A stretch of DNA of 64,000 nt. It comes from an uncultured Gammaproteobacteria bacterium. GTDB lineage: Bacteria > Patescibacteriota > Microgenomatia > UBA12405. The notes beneath the pieces were generated by a model. It had not been told where the DNA came from and made no database searches. It saw nothing but the letters and a program-made list of their open reading frames with translations. Position 1 is the stretch's first letter. Each line of letters begins with the position of its first letter. The translations under genes were made by a program, and so were the position numbers. Positions 1 through 9,295 of the stretch are shown here, in pieces. The stretch lies in contig CAZIZX010000004.1 of the NCBI GenBank assembly GCA_964544275.1, forward strand, positions 20,251 through 84,250, in the 5' to 3' direction.

Positions 1-237
1 CTTGTTTTGTCCGTAATATTTCAGCTCACCTTTTCTATTTATTACAGTAGCGAAATCATTAATCAAAATAACAACTACTATCAAAATCAAATTAAACTTG
101 AGGAACTCAAAGAACAGCACCAAATTCTGGAAAATCGGCTTTCCCAAATTACTTCAATCAATCATCTCCAGCAGCAAGTCCTCAAACTTAATCTCGTTCC
201 CATTTCCCAACACATCAACCTAAACATCTCACCATGA
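1..237 (+). CDS. ftsL: FtsL-like cell division protein (5' partial)
   Basis: Hydrophobic stretch then a coiled coil (LEELKEQHQILENRLSQITS), directly upstream of the PBP gene. The frame is open at the window edge. Confidence 0.55.
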   Translation, partial: LVLSVIFQLTFSIYYSSEIINQNNNYYQNQIKLEELKEQHQILENRLSQITSINHLQQQVLKLNLVPISQHINLNISP

Positions 238-1883
238 ATCAGCAACGCTCCAAAATACTTCTAATCACCCTTCTTCTAATCTTCTTATCAGTCTTAGCCC
301 GCTTGTTTTACTGGCAAGTAATTATGGGTCCGCAACTCAAGGAAAAAGCTCTCTCCCAAACCTACAAACTCCAAAAAAAATTGCCCCAAAGAGGCAAAAT
401 ATTATCCAGCGATAAATATCCGCTTGTTTTAAACCAAAAAAATTATCAACTGTCAATTTACAAACCCAACTTAACCATAGACCCAGATCTGGCCATCTCC
501 AAAGTAGAAGCGGTCAAGCCGGAATTTTCTCAAACCGACAATAGTACCTCAAAGTTTTTTTTGTCTACCGAAAATCAAAAATGGCAAACATTTCTTACTC
601 TTTTTAACAAGGAAGACCTCGAGTCACTAAACAACCCTGGCTTTAGCTTTCAGGAAATAAACAAGCGACTTTATCCAGAAAATAACCTAGCTAAAGATAT
701 TTTAGGTATTGTTGGCAAAAACTCCCAGGGTAATGACATTGGTTACGGCGGCTTGGAGGGTTACTATAATAAACAACTCAAAGGTAAAACTGGCTTTTCC
801 TGGATCACCACCGATGCCACCGGCAAAACCATACTCACCAAAAAAAGTTGGCAATCTGAAAATTATGACGGGTTAGACCTCCACACCCACATAGACCGTC
901 GTGTTCAATATCAAATTGAAAATATTTTAACCCAAGGAATCGACAAGTACTCAGCTGACTCCGGTTCTATCACGGTCATGGATAGCAAGACCGGGGCTAT
1001 TATCGGCATGTCCAGCCTTACTGCCACTAGTTCGGCTACCCCCAGCGCCACCAAAAATCCGGCCATCGCCGATCTCTTTGAACCAGGATCAATTTTTAAA
1101 CCTCTGATAATGGCTATGGCCCTTGATAGTAAAAGTATTGACCCGGATTTTATTTGTAACCAGTGCGACCGACCCCGAACTATCGGCCAATACACTATAA
1201 ATAATTGGAACTTAGAAACGTATCCCAATTCCACCATCTTCGACATTATCAGAAACTCAGACAATATTGGTATGAGCTCAATAATCAATCGCTTGGGCCT
1301 GGAAAAATTTCTGTCTTATTACAAAACATTGGGACTTAACCAAAAAACAGGGATTGACCTTCAGGGTGAAGCCAAGCCTCCCATGAAAACCCACTGGCCT
1401 GAAATCGACCTGGCTACAGCTTCTTTTGGCCAAGGTTTTGCCACCACCCAAATTAATATGCTTCAATCATTCAACGTCTTGGCTAACAATGGTGTTCTGG
1501 TTCGTCCCCACGTCTTAGATTTTCTTGACGATAACGGCAAAAAAATTACCACTCCCCACAATCAAGTCGAAACTGTCTTTGATACGAAAACTACCGATCT
1601 TATCAAAGAAATACTAAAATTCTCTGTTGAGAACAGCGCCGTGTCCAAGCTAAAACCAGCTCATCTAGAAGCTTGCGCCAAAAGCGGCACGGCTCAAGTA
1701 TCAATCCAAGGAGAATACGTCGACTCATCTACTATTGCCTCATATATCGGTTTCTCTCCCTGCGACAATCCCAAATTTACCATGATCGTTACTATCAACA
1801 ACCCCAAAACATCTCCTTACGGGTCCAGTACCGCCGCCCCCATCTGGTTCGACTTGGCTTCGATCATTACCAATCTGTTATAA
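234..1883 (+). CDS. ftsI: Class B penicillin-binding protein (FtsI/PBP2 family)
   Basis: N-terminal TM, RGKI motif, and transpeptidase motifs EPGSIFK (SxxK), SDN and KSGTAQ. Confidence 0.9.
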   Translation: MNQQRSKILLITLLLIFLSVLARLFYWQVIMGPQLKEKALSQTYKLQKKLPQRGKILSSDKYPLVLNQKNYQLSIYKPNLTIDPDLAISKVEAVKPEFSQTDNSTSKFFLSTENQKWQTFLTLFNKEDLESLNNPGFSFQEINKRLYPENNLAKDILGIVGKNSQGNDIGYGGLEGYYNKQLKGKTGFSWITTDATGKTILTKKSWQSENYDGLDLHTHIDRRVQYQIENILTQGIDKYSADSGSITVMDSKTGAIIGMSSLTATSSATPSATKNPAIADLFEPGSIFKPLIMAMALDSKSIDPDFICNQCDRPRTIGQYTINNWNLETYPNSTIFDIIRNSDNIGMSSIINRLGLEKFLSYYKTLGLNQKTGIDLQGEAKPPMKTHWPEIDLATASFGQGFATTQINMLQSFNVLANNGVLVRPHVLDFLDDNGKKITTPHNQVETVFDTKTTDLIKEILKFSVENSAVSKLKPAHLEACAKSGTAQVSIQGEYVDSSTIASYIGFSPCDNPKFTMIVTINNPKTSPYGSSTAAPIWFDLASIITNLL

Positions 1884-1896
1884 TTTGTTGCTTTAC

Positions 1897-3207
1897 ATGT
1901 CAACAACCAAGCTGGGCATTTTTATCCAAAAGTTCAAAAATATTTTTTGGCACCTCCCCAAAAGTATATTTTTTAGTTACCTATATTCTTTCCCTTCCAA
2001 AAGATTTATTCTTATCGGTGTCACCGGCACCGACGGCAAAACAACTACCAGTACTCTCATTTATCACACTCTCCAAAAAGCCGGCTATAACACCGGCCTG
2101 ATAACCACCATTGGCGCCAAAATCGGAGATAAAGAAATCAGCACCGGCCTCCACACCACCAGTCCCGACCCTTCAATCATTCAAAAACTCTTCCAGGATA
2201 TGGCCAAAACCGGAATTACTCACGTTGTCTGTGAGGTTACTTCTCATGCTCTTGACCAGTACCGTTTTTGGGGCTGTGATTTTGATGTTTCCCTTCTCAC
2301 CAATATTTCCCACGAACATCTAGATTACCACCAAAATATAGATAACTACATCGCTTCCAAATCACGATTGTTCCGTCAATCCCGACATTCCATTCTCAAC
2401 AAAGACGACCTATCCTATCAACCCATAAAAAACTCTGTCAAATCTACCGTTTCCACCTATAGCATTACCAGTAAATCTGATTTTCAAGCCAAAAATATCA
2501 AATTAGGCCAAAAATTAACATTCCAGGTAAACAATATCAAACTCTCTACCGACAGCAATTATTACTATCAAGTCTACAACATTACCTCTGTTCTGGCACT
2601 GATGTCTCACTTAAAAATTGATATAAATTATCTGCTCAATACCATTAAAACGTTTCCGGAAACCAAAGGCAGAAGAGAAAGAGTGGTAAACGACTCAAGC
2701 ATAAACACTATTATCGATTTTGCCCACACTCCGGCAGCTTTGAAATCGACGCTCACTTCTCTAAAAAAGACTAACAAAGGCAAACTTTTAGTCATATTCG
2801 GCGCCACTGGAGGTCGCGATCCATCCAAAAGACCACTTATGGGTCAAGTAGTCTCACAAAATTCTGACATCGCCTTTATAACCGCCGACGATACTAGGGA
2901 TGAAAATATCTTCGACATAAACAAACAAATTATTTCCGGTATCGACCCACAAAAATCAATACTAATCGACAGCAACTCTACCACTCTCAACAAAATCAAA
3001 AAAATCATCTCTGCCAACAGCAAAAAATTTATTTATTTTAGTGTTCCCAACCGCCAGGACGCTTTTGACCTAGCCGTTAAACTGGCTCAAAATAATGATA
3101 CTATCGTCGCCTGCGGCAAAGGTCATGAAACCACCATACTCCACGGTCAAACTGAATATCCCTGGTCGGAACAGGAAGCCTTTAGAACCGCTTTTAGATC
3201 AAAATAA
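1897..3207 (+). CDS. murE: MurE-like UDP-MurNAc-peptide ligase
   Basis: GVTGTDGKTTT, EVTSHAL, TNISHEHLDYH, IDFAHTP and GKGHE motifs. The specificity loop reads DDTR. Confidence 0.85.
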   Translation: MSTTKLGIFIQKFKNIFWHLPKSIFFSYLYSFPSKRFILIGVTGTDGKTTTSTLIYHTLQKAGYNTGLITTIGAKIGDKEISTGLHTTSPDPSIIQKLFQDMAKTGITHVVCEVTSHALDQYRFWGCDFDVSLLTNISHEHLDYHQNIDNYIASKSRLFRQSRHSILNKDDLSYQPIKNSVKSTVSTYSITSKSDFQAKNIKLGQKLTFQVNNIKLSTDSNYYYQVYNITSVLALMSHLKIDINYLLNTIKTFPETKGRRERVVNDSSINTIIDFAHTPAALKSTLTSLKKTNKGKLLVIFGATGGRDPSKRPLMGQVVSQNSDIAFITADDTRDENIFDINKQIISGIDPQKSILIDSNSTTLNKIKKIISANSKKFIYFSVPNRQDAFDLAVKLAQNNDTIVACGKGHETTILHGQTEYPWSEQEAFRTAFRSK

Positions 3208-3828
3208 ATGATTACCTCCTTCAATATCACCACTTCTACCGACATCGAAAAAAACTACAACCTTGGATTGCTTCCTCAAAGAAACAACAAAAACCTTTTT
3301 TATCAGGAAAGTTCTGCTCGCTCAAACCTAGCCCGTTTTTCCATTAGTTCAGAAAACAGAAGGATTATTCGCAAAACTGAAAGCTATTCTTTCCAAAAAA
3401 TTCCACTAAATCAATTTTCCTATACACCCCAAATCCAAAAAACAATTAAAAGTTGGATCAAAGATTTAAGCTGGGATTTTCCTGTTGCCTCGGTCAAAAA
3501 CATTTTTACCAACCATATTTTTAACTATCTCTATATCTGGTCAGATTCGTCCGGAAAAACAATTGCCTACGCCATCTGTTTTTTTTCTGATACTATTTCC
3601 CACATTGCTTATGTTTTTTATGATCCCAAAGTATCTCACCACGACCTTCCCATCCGCCTGGTGATTCAATTTATCCAAGATAGCTTTAATTTAAAATTAA
3701 AATATTCTTATCTTGGCAGATTTTCTAAAAATACGGGCTATTACAAAAGGAACATGCCAGGTCTGGAATTCTTTGTAAATGGTAATTGGATTGAATATAA
3801 TAAAGAAAACCAACAATTACTTGCCTAA
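3208..3828 (+). CDS. ATE/Bpt-like aminoacyl-tRNA-dependent transferase (GNAT-fold)
   Basis: SARSNLARF..SSENRRI and AYVFYDP...KLKYSYLG....YK resemble the ATE_N/ATE_C signatures. It abuts murE. Confidence 0.6.
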   Translation: MITSFNITTSTDIEKNYNLGLLPQRNNKNLFYQESSARSNLARFSISSENRRIIRKTESYSFQKIPLNQFSYTPQIQKTIKSWIKDLSWDFPVASVKNIFTNHIFNYLYIWSDSSGKTIAYAICFFSDTISHIAYVFYDPKVSHHDLPIRLVIQFIQDSFNLKLKYSYLGRFSKNTGYYKRNMPGLEFFVNGNWIEYNKENQQLLA

Positions 3829-3833
3829 AAATC

Positions 3834-5228
3834 ATGCATATTCACATCGTCGGTATAGCCGGCACCATGACAGCACCCTTAGCTGTTGCCCTAAAAAACC
3901 AAGGTCACCATATCACCGGTTCTGACCAACAACAAATTTTTCCTCCAGTTAGCCATATTCTCAAAAAAGCCCAAATAAAGATCAATACTCAAAACATTAT
4001 CAATAGTCAAATTGATCTGTGCATTATCGGCTCGTCTTACCTCTCATTTGCCAACACCCGACAAGAATTTGATACCATCAAAAAACTAAAACTCCCCTAC
4101 ATATCAGCCACCGAATATATTGCCCAAAACGTTTGTAAAAATAATTCTATACTCGTTGCCGGAACATACGGTAAAACTACCATAACCAGCCTGATTTCTT
4201 GGATACTCATTCGCGCTCAATACCAACCCAGCTTCATGTTTGGCGGTGAACCCAAAAACAATATCCCCTCGCTTCAAATTCAAAATTCTGACTGGTCAAT
4301 AACAGAAGCCGATGAATCCATAAATGGCCTTGACCTCCAAGGGAAATTTCTTTACTACCCCCTAAAATATCTCCTGCTTACCAGTGCTGACTGGGAGCAC
4401 AAAGAATCCTACCTCAAAGAAAGTGATAATTTTTCAGCTTTTTCCCGATTAATAAAAAAAGTTCCTAAAGCTGGTTTTCTGGTTCTCAACTCTCAGGGCA
4501 CAAACATTCTTAAACTCTCAAAACTCACTCCGGCCAAAGCAATCTTCTATAATTCTAATTCCTCATCCTATTTCATCAAAAATACCACCAAATCTAACCA
4601 CCGCACCCTAATTACAATAGCCACCCCAAAAGGGGATTTAACCGTAATTAGCCGGCTCTGGGGTCAATTTAATTATGAAAATATTTTGGCGGCCGTTACC
4701 CTGACCAGCGAACTCGGGATCGACCCTTTAATTATTAAAAAAGCCATAGCCAGTTATAAAGGCATCAAAAGAAGACTTGAACTTTTAAATTTCTCCAATA
4801 ACATCCATTTTTTTGATGATTTTGCTCAATCGGCTTCCCGGATTCAATCCGTCATCGACAGCCTCAAACAAGAGTTTCCCCAATCAAACATAAAAGTATT
4901 TTACGAACCTCACGCCTCATATATGAAAAATAAAAACAGCCTACCTCAACTCAAGCCAGCTTTCAAAAATGCGTCCGAAATAATCATCGGAAAAATTAAT
5001 TACACCTCAACTAGTGATAAAATTAATCGGGTTACGGCAACGGACCTCAAAAAATCAATTGGCAACAATTCAACATATCTGCCTCTTTATGATCAGGTCT
5101 TTCGTCATTACACCCAAAACCTCAAACCCAATGACATTCTGATTCACATGAGTTCTGGCGGTATCTTAGGACTAAATACCTACAAAAAAATTATAAATTA
5201 TTTCAATAATGTCAAGATACATCGTTAA
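3834..5228 (+). CDS. Mur ligase, Mpl/MurC family (more Mpl-like)
   Basis: MHIHIVGIAGTM, VAGTYGKTT, EADES, GIKRRLE, DDFA, EPH and MSSGG motifs. Confidence 0.8.
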   Translation: MHIHIVGIAGTMTAPLAVALKNQGHHITGSDQQQIFPPVSHILKKAQIKINTQNIINSQIDLCIIGSSYLSFANTRQEFDTIKKLKLPYISATEYIAQNVCKNNSILVAGTYGKTTITSLISWILIRAQYQPSFMFGGEPKNNIPSLQIQNSDWSITEADESINGLDLQGKFLYYPLKYLLLTSADWEHKESYLKESDNFSAFSRLIKKVPKAGFLVLNSQGTNILKLSKLTPAKAIFYNSNSSSYFIKNTTKSNHRTLITIATPKGDLTVISRLWGQFNYENILAAVTLTSELGIDPLIIKKAIASYKGIKRRLELLNFSNNIHFFDDFAQSASRIQSVIDSLKQEFPQSNIKVFYEPHASYMKNKNSLPQLKPAFKNASEIIIGKINYTSTSDKINRVTATDLKKSIGNNSTYLPLYDQVFRHYTQNLKPNDILIHMSSGGILGLNTYKKIINYFNNVKIHR

Positions 5229-6552
5229 TGGTGGCCACCCTCTAAAAGGTGAAGTTTCAATCAGAGGCGCCAAAAACGCCAGTTTTAAGCAAATAATCGC
5301 TTCCATGCTCTCCGATCAAAATACTCAACTTACTAATATTCCTCAAATTTCAGACGTTAGAATAACCCAAAGCATTGCCAGTAAACTCGGTGCCCAAATT
5401 ACCCAAACTGGAGAACATAGTATAGAAATCGTCACTCCCAAATTTATTTCAGACACCGTACCTCATGGTACTGGTCAAAAATCCCGAACCTCTTTTATGT
5501 TTGCTGCACCTCTTCTTGCCAGAAACGGCAGCGCCGTTGTTCCCTTTCCCGGAGGCGACAAATTAGGTGACAGGCCTCTGGACCGCCTGTTTGATTGTCT
5601 CGAGCAAATGAATATCAATATAGAAATAAAAGACGATTTAATTTTTTTCAAAACAGATCGTATCAAACCAACCCATTATCGCTTTCCCAAACCGTCTCAC
5701 ACTGTCACCGAAACAATTCTTATGCTCGCCGCCACCGCCAACGGTGAAACTATTTTAGATAATGCCGCTCTCGAACCTGAAATTGATGACTTAATCGACA
5801 TGCTCAATTCTATGGGAGCCAAAATTAACCGCGATAATTCAAATCCGAGCAAAATAATTATCCAAGGAGTACCTTGGCTCAATGGAACTAAACACCAGGT
5901 AATTTGTGATCGAAATGAATCGGTCACCTTCGCCTGTGCCGCTCTCGCCACCAAAGGTTCGATCAATATTCTTAAAATAGATCCTGATACTATCAAGACC
6001 TTCCTGGAAATTATCGACCAAATGGGCGCCAAAATTAACACCGGCAAAGACGAAGTTTCCGTTAGTTGGGATCAACCATTAAAATCTATATCTATCGAAA
6101 CATCTCCAGAACCCGGATTTATGACCGACTGGCAGGCAGTTTTTTCTGTTCTTCTAACTCAAGCCGTCGGCTGTAGTTCTATCATCGAAAGAGTCTTCCC
6201 CAACCGCTTCCAACACATTGAATACTTAAAACAAATGGGGGGCAAAATTAAACCGTTTAATCCCGAAAACACCCATCCTGATTTTTACTTTTTTAATCAG
6301 GAAAGTGATCGACCAGAATTTCAGCATGGTATCAAAATTTATGGACCAACCAAACTTATGCCCGACAATCTAGTGGTCAATGACCTTCGGGCCGGTGCTT
6401 CTGTAACACTTGCAGCCCTAGTAGCCTCCGGTCAATCGATAATTGATGGCGTCGAATATATTGAGAGGGGATACGAAAAACTGGCCGAAAGACTCAGCTC
6501 TCTTGGCGCCAGCATAGAATATATCAAAACCTCTTTAGTTCGACCCATTTAA
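5209..6552 (+). CDS. murA: UDP-GlcNAc enolpyruvyl transferase (Cys->Asp variant)
   Basis: GAKNA, PGGDKLGDRP, PGFMTDWQ, DLRAG and IERGYE motifs. Confidence 0.95.
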   Translation: MSRYIVNGGHPLKGEVSIRGAKNASFKQIIASMLSDQNTQLTNIPQISDVRITQSIASKLGAQITQTGEHSIEIVTPKFISDTVPHGTGQKSRTSFMFAAPLLARNGSAVVPFPGGDKLGDRPLDRLFDCLEQMNINIEIKDDLIFFKTDRIKPTHYRFPKPSHTVTETILMLAATANGETILDNAALEPEIDDLIDMLNSMGAKINRDNSNPSKIIIQGVPWLNGTKHQVICDRNESVTFACAALATKGSINILKIDPDTIKTFLEIIDQMGAKINTGKDEVSVSWDQPLKSISIETSPEPGFMTDWQAVFSVLLTQAVGCSSIIERVFPNRFQHIEYLKQMGGKIKPFNPENTHPDFYFFNQESDRPEFQHGIKIYGPTKLMPDNLVVNDLRAGASVTLAALVASGQSIIDGVEYIERGYEKLAERLSSLGASIEYIKTSLVRPI

Positions 6553-6581
6553 CATCAATGCTATATACTCTATCTTAAGAC

Positions 6582-7616
6582 ATGACCCACTTATACTTAG
6601 GACTCCTGCTTTTCTCCTTTTTTATTACCAGCATTTTAGTAGTTCCCTTCATCAACTTACTTTACAAACTAAAATTCCAACGGCAAAAACAAAAAACACT
6701 TGATTTCCAAAACGAACGCACTCCTACTTTCGACAAGTTTCACTCATCCAAATCCGGTACACCTATTGGCGGTGGCATTCTCATCATCTGCTCAGTTTCC
6801 CTGCTCTTCTTTTTCCTCCTGCCCATCCTCAAGTTTTCCAACATATTCATCTCCAGCAATTACCAAATCAACCGAGAAATCGAAATCTTATTTTTTACCT
6901 TTATCAGTTTTGGCTTGCTTGGTTTGTACGACGACGTTAAAAAATTCTTTGATTTCAAAATTAGCGGCTTTTTTGGCCTTCGCATGCGACAAAAATTTTT
7001 ACTTCAGGTCTTTTTGGCCCTGATAATATCCTCACTCATCTACTTCAGACTCAACATAAACTTTATTTACATTCCTTTTCTTGGTCCGCTAACTTTGGGT
7101 ATATTCTTCATCCCCATATCTGTTTTCTTTATTATTGCCTTTGCTAATTTTTTTAACATTACTGACGGCCTGGACGGACTTTCGTCAGGACTTCTGATGA
7201 TAGCCCTGTTTGCCTTTTGGTTTATCTCCAATACCTCACTCGACACTCCCATTTCACTCTTTCTTGCCCTCTGGCTTGGAAGTTTAATCGCCTTTCTCTA
7301 TTTCAATGTTTACCCCGCCAGAATTTGGTTAGGAGATGTTGGCTCGCTTTCCTTCGGAGCTACTTTTGCAGTTATTGCCATTCTTTTGGGAAGAATAGTG
7401 CCCCTATTAATTGTCGGTTTCCCCTTTATTGTTGAAGGCGTAAGCAGTGCTATTCAGATTGTCAGCAAAAAATATTTCAACAAAAGAATTATTCCGGCCG
7501 CACCACTTCATTTGACCCTTCAAAAAATGGGCTGGGAGGAACCAAAAATTGTTTCCCGTGCTTGGTTGGCCGGTATCATACTGGCAATATTTGGCTTATG
7601 GTTAGGTCTAAACTAA
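6582..7616 (+). CDS. mraY: Phospho-MurNAc-pentapeptide transferase
   Basis: KSGTPIGGG, GLYDD, NITDGLDGL, PARIWLGDVGS and APLH motifs; multiple TM segments. Confidence 0.95.
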   Translation: MTHLYLGLLLFSFFITSILVVPFINLLYKLKFQRQKQKTLDFQNERTPTFDKFHSSKSGTPIGGGILIICSVSLLFFFLLPILKFSNIFISSNYQINREIEILFFTFISFGLLGLYDDVKKFFDFKISGFFGLRMRQKFLLQVFLALIISSLIYFRLNINFIYIPFLGPLTLGIFFIPISVFFIIAFANFFNITDGLDGLSSGLLMIALFAFWFISNTSLDTPISLFLALWLGSLIAFLYFNVYPARIWLGDVGSLSFGATFAVIAILLGRIVPLLIVGFPFIVEGVSSAIQIVSKKYFNKRIIPAAPLHLTLQKMGWEEPKIVSRAWLAGIILAIFGLWLGLN

Positions 7617-8269
7617 ACACCAAACTATCAAATGAAGCCGAGCGTTATCTCGGGCTCCCTTATTGGCAAAACCGTCTAATCGACGGCAAAATTACCAAAG
7701 AAGGTTTTATGGGCGGCAAGGGCAACTGGCATCAAATCAACCAGGCCACAAAAGAACTGCTCTCCAAACTACCCCACAAACCACCTTCCTCTGAAATTTA
7801 TAACCTTCAAAAAAAGAACCATATTGGCATCGACTGTTCTGGTCTAGCCTATAATTTACTCAACTTTCTCTCGCTTGAAACAAAACAAAAAAGCATTGAG
7901 GAAAAAGTTGTCGGAACAGGAGGTAAATTTGGCATCAGGCGCGTCTCCTCAAATCTATTAACTTCGCCAGCAAACTCCATCCCAGTAACTTCTTATCAAA
8001 ACATTCAGCCGGGAGATTTAATCAGACTGGAAAAAGGTAGGCATGTAATTGTTATTTTAAAAAAAGTCGGCAACACCATAAATTATATTCACAGTAGCAA
8101 CAAAACCCTGATCCGGGGAGTCCACCTTGGCACTATTAAAATAATCAACCCCAAAGCTACTCTGGAACACCAGCACTGGATCGAAACCACCAAAGACAAC
8201 CAACCTTACTCTTCCTTGTTTAATTCCCAAAATGGCGACGGTATTTTCCGTCTCAAATGTCTAAGTTAA
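7598..8269 (+). CDS. NlpC/P60-like cysteine peptidase without signal peptide
   Basis: YLGLPY, GIDCSGL, IQPGDLI, HV and IHS give a Cys-His catalytic arrangement. Likely ATG at 7598; there is no hydrophobic N-terminus. Confidence 0.7.
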   Translation: MVRSKLNTKLSNEAERYLGLPYWQNRLIDGKITKEGFMGGKGNWHQINQATKELLSKLPHKPPSSEIYNLQKKNHIGIDCSGLAYNLLNFLSLETKQKSIEEKVVGTGGKFGIRRVSSNLLTSPANSIPVTSYQNIQPGDLIRLEKGRHVIVILKKVGNTINYIHSSNKTLIRGVHLGTIKIINPKATLEHQHWIETTKDNQPYSSLFNSQNGDGIFRLKCLS

Positions 8270-8270
8270 A

Positions 8271-8438
8271 TTACTTTTCCTCAACTAATTCTTGGTACTT
8301 CAGTGGTTCTAGCAACAGAATCTCTACCTCAGTCCCACACTCATCACATTCCACAATATCTCCTACCGCCACATCAACCCCCAGTCTCTTCTCGTGCTTA
8401 CAATCAGGGCAAACAACTATTTTACTGTCTTTATTCAT
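8271..8438 (-). CDS. LysW-like zinc-ribbon small protein (55 aa; not in the ORF track)
   Basis: Manual translation gives MNKDSKIVVCPDCKHEKRLGVDVAVGDIVECDECGTEVEILLLEPLKYQELVEEK*. The CPxC...G-IV-CxxCG-E-E...PL pattern matches LysW. Confidence 0.8.
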   Translation of the reverse strand: MNKDSKIVVCPDCKHEKRLGVDVAVGDIVECDECGTEVEILLLEPLKYQELVEEK

Positions 8439-8479
8439 CTTTTAATGTCAAAATATATTAAGTATCACAATTATAACCC

Positions 8480-9295
8480 ATGACACCTCTAGACCACACT
8501 TCTAATCTCTACTTCAAAAGGGAAGATCTGAATCCAACCGGATCGGCCAAAGATCGGGCTATTAGTCAACAGATAGAAAACCTCGTCCGTAAAAACTTTC
8601 ACTCCGCCGTCATATCCAGCTCAGGCAATGCCGCCATTTCTGCCATCCATTACTGCCAACAATCAAATATTCCATTGACCATATTTTTGTCACCCAAAAT
8701 TGATCCCAACAAACTTAAACTTATTCAGCAAAGACACCCTAAAATTCACTTTTCTCCAAAACCTGTCAGCGACGCCTTTAAATTTTCCAAAGCTAATTCT
8801 TCCTATTATCTTCGTCAATCAACAGATCCAACCGCCCTCAAAGGTTACCAGCAAATATCCAAAGAACTAATCAGCCAATTACCCCAAATCACCAGTATCT
8901 TCATCCCGGTTGGTAGCGGCACCACCCTCCTCGGCCTAAGTCAAACTCTGCCTAACAACGTCAAAATATTTGCCGCCCAGCCAGCATCCTATTGTCCCAT
9001 TAGCTCCCTTTTTGATCGCGATTACCAACCGGAGCAATCAACTATCACCGACGCCCTCTCCGTCAAATCCCTACCGCTTAAATCAAGCGTCATAACCGCC
9101 ATCAGACAATCAAGAGGGCGGGGGATTGTGGTCCAAAATCAATCCGTTATGGACGCCCAAACCACTCTTCTTAATTTGGAAATAAACTGTTCTCCAGAAG
9201 GCGCGCTTGCTTATGCTGCTTTCCTTAAAACTCAAAAAATCAAATCAGACCCGGGTAATTACCCGGTTATTCTTATTACCGGCACCCAAAGATGA
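8480..9295 (+). CDS. Fold-type II PLP-dependent enzyme (threonine synthase/dehydratase-like, short)
   Basis: KREDLNPTGSAKDR (PLP lysine), SSSGNA, PVGSGT and VILITG motifs. Confidence 0.85.
   Translation: MTPLDHTSNLYFKREDLNPTGSAKDRAISQQIENLVRKNFHSAVISSSGNAAISAIHYCQQSNIPLTIFLSPKIDPNKLKLIQQRHPKIHFSPKPVSDAFKFSKANSSYYLRQSTDPTALKGYQQISKELISQLPQITSIFIPVGSGTTLLGLSQTLPNNVKIFAAQPASYCPISSLFDRDYQPEQSTITDALSVKSLPLKSSVITAIRQSRGRGIVVQNQSVMDAQTTLLNLEINCSPEGALAYAAFLKTQKIKSDPGNYPVILITGTQR

Noticed and set aside
8257-8445. 62-aa plus-strand ORF in the track
   Set aside because: It is the antisense shadow of the LysW-like gene, which has a clear zinc-ribbon motif.
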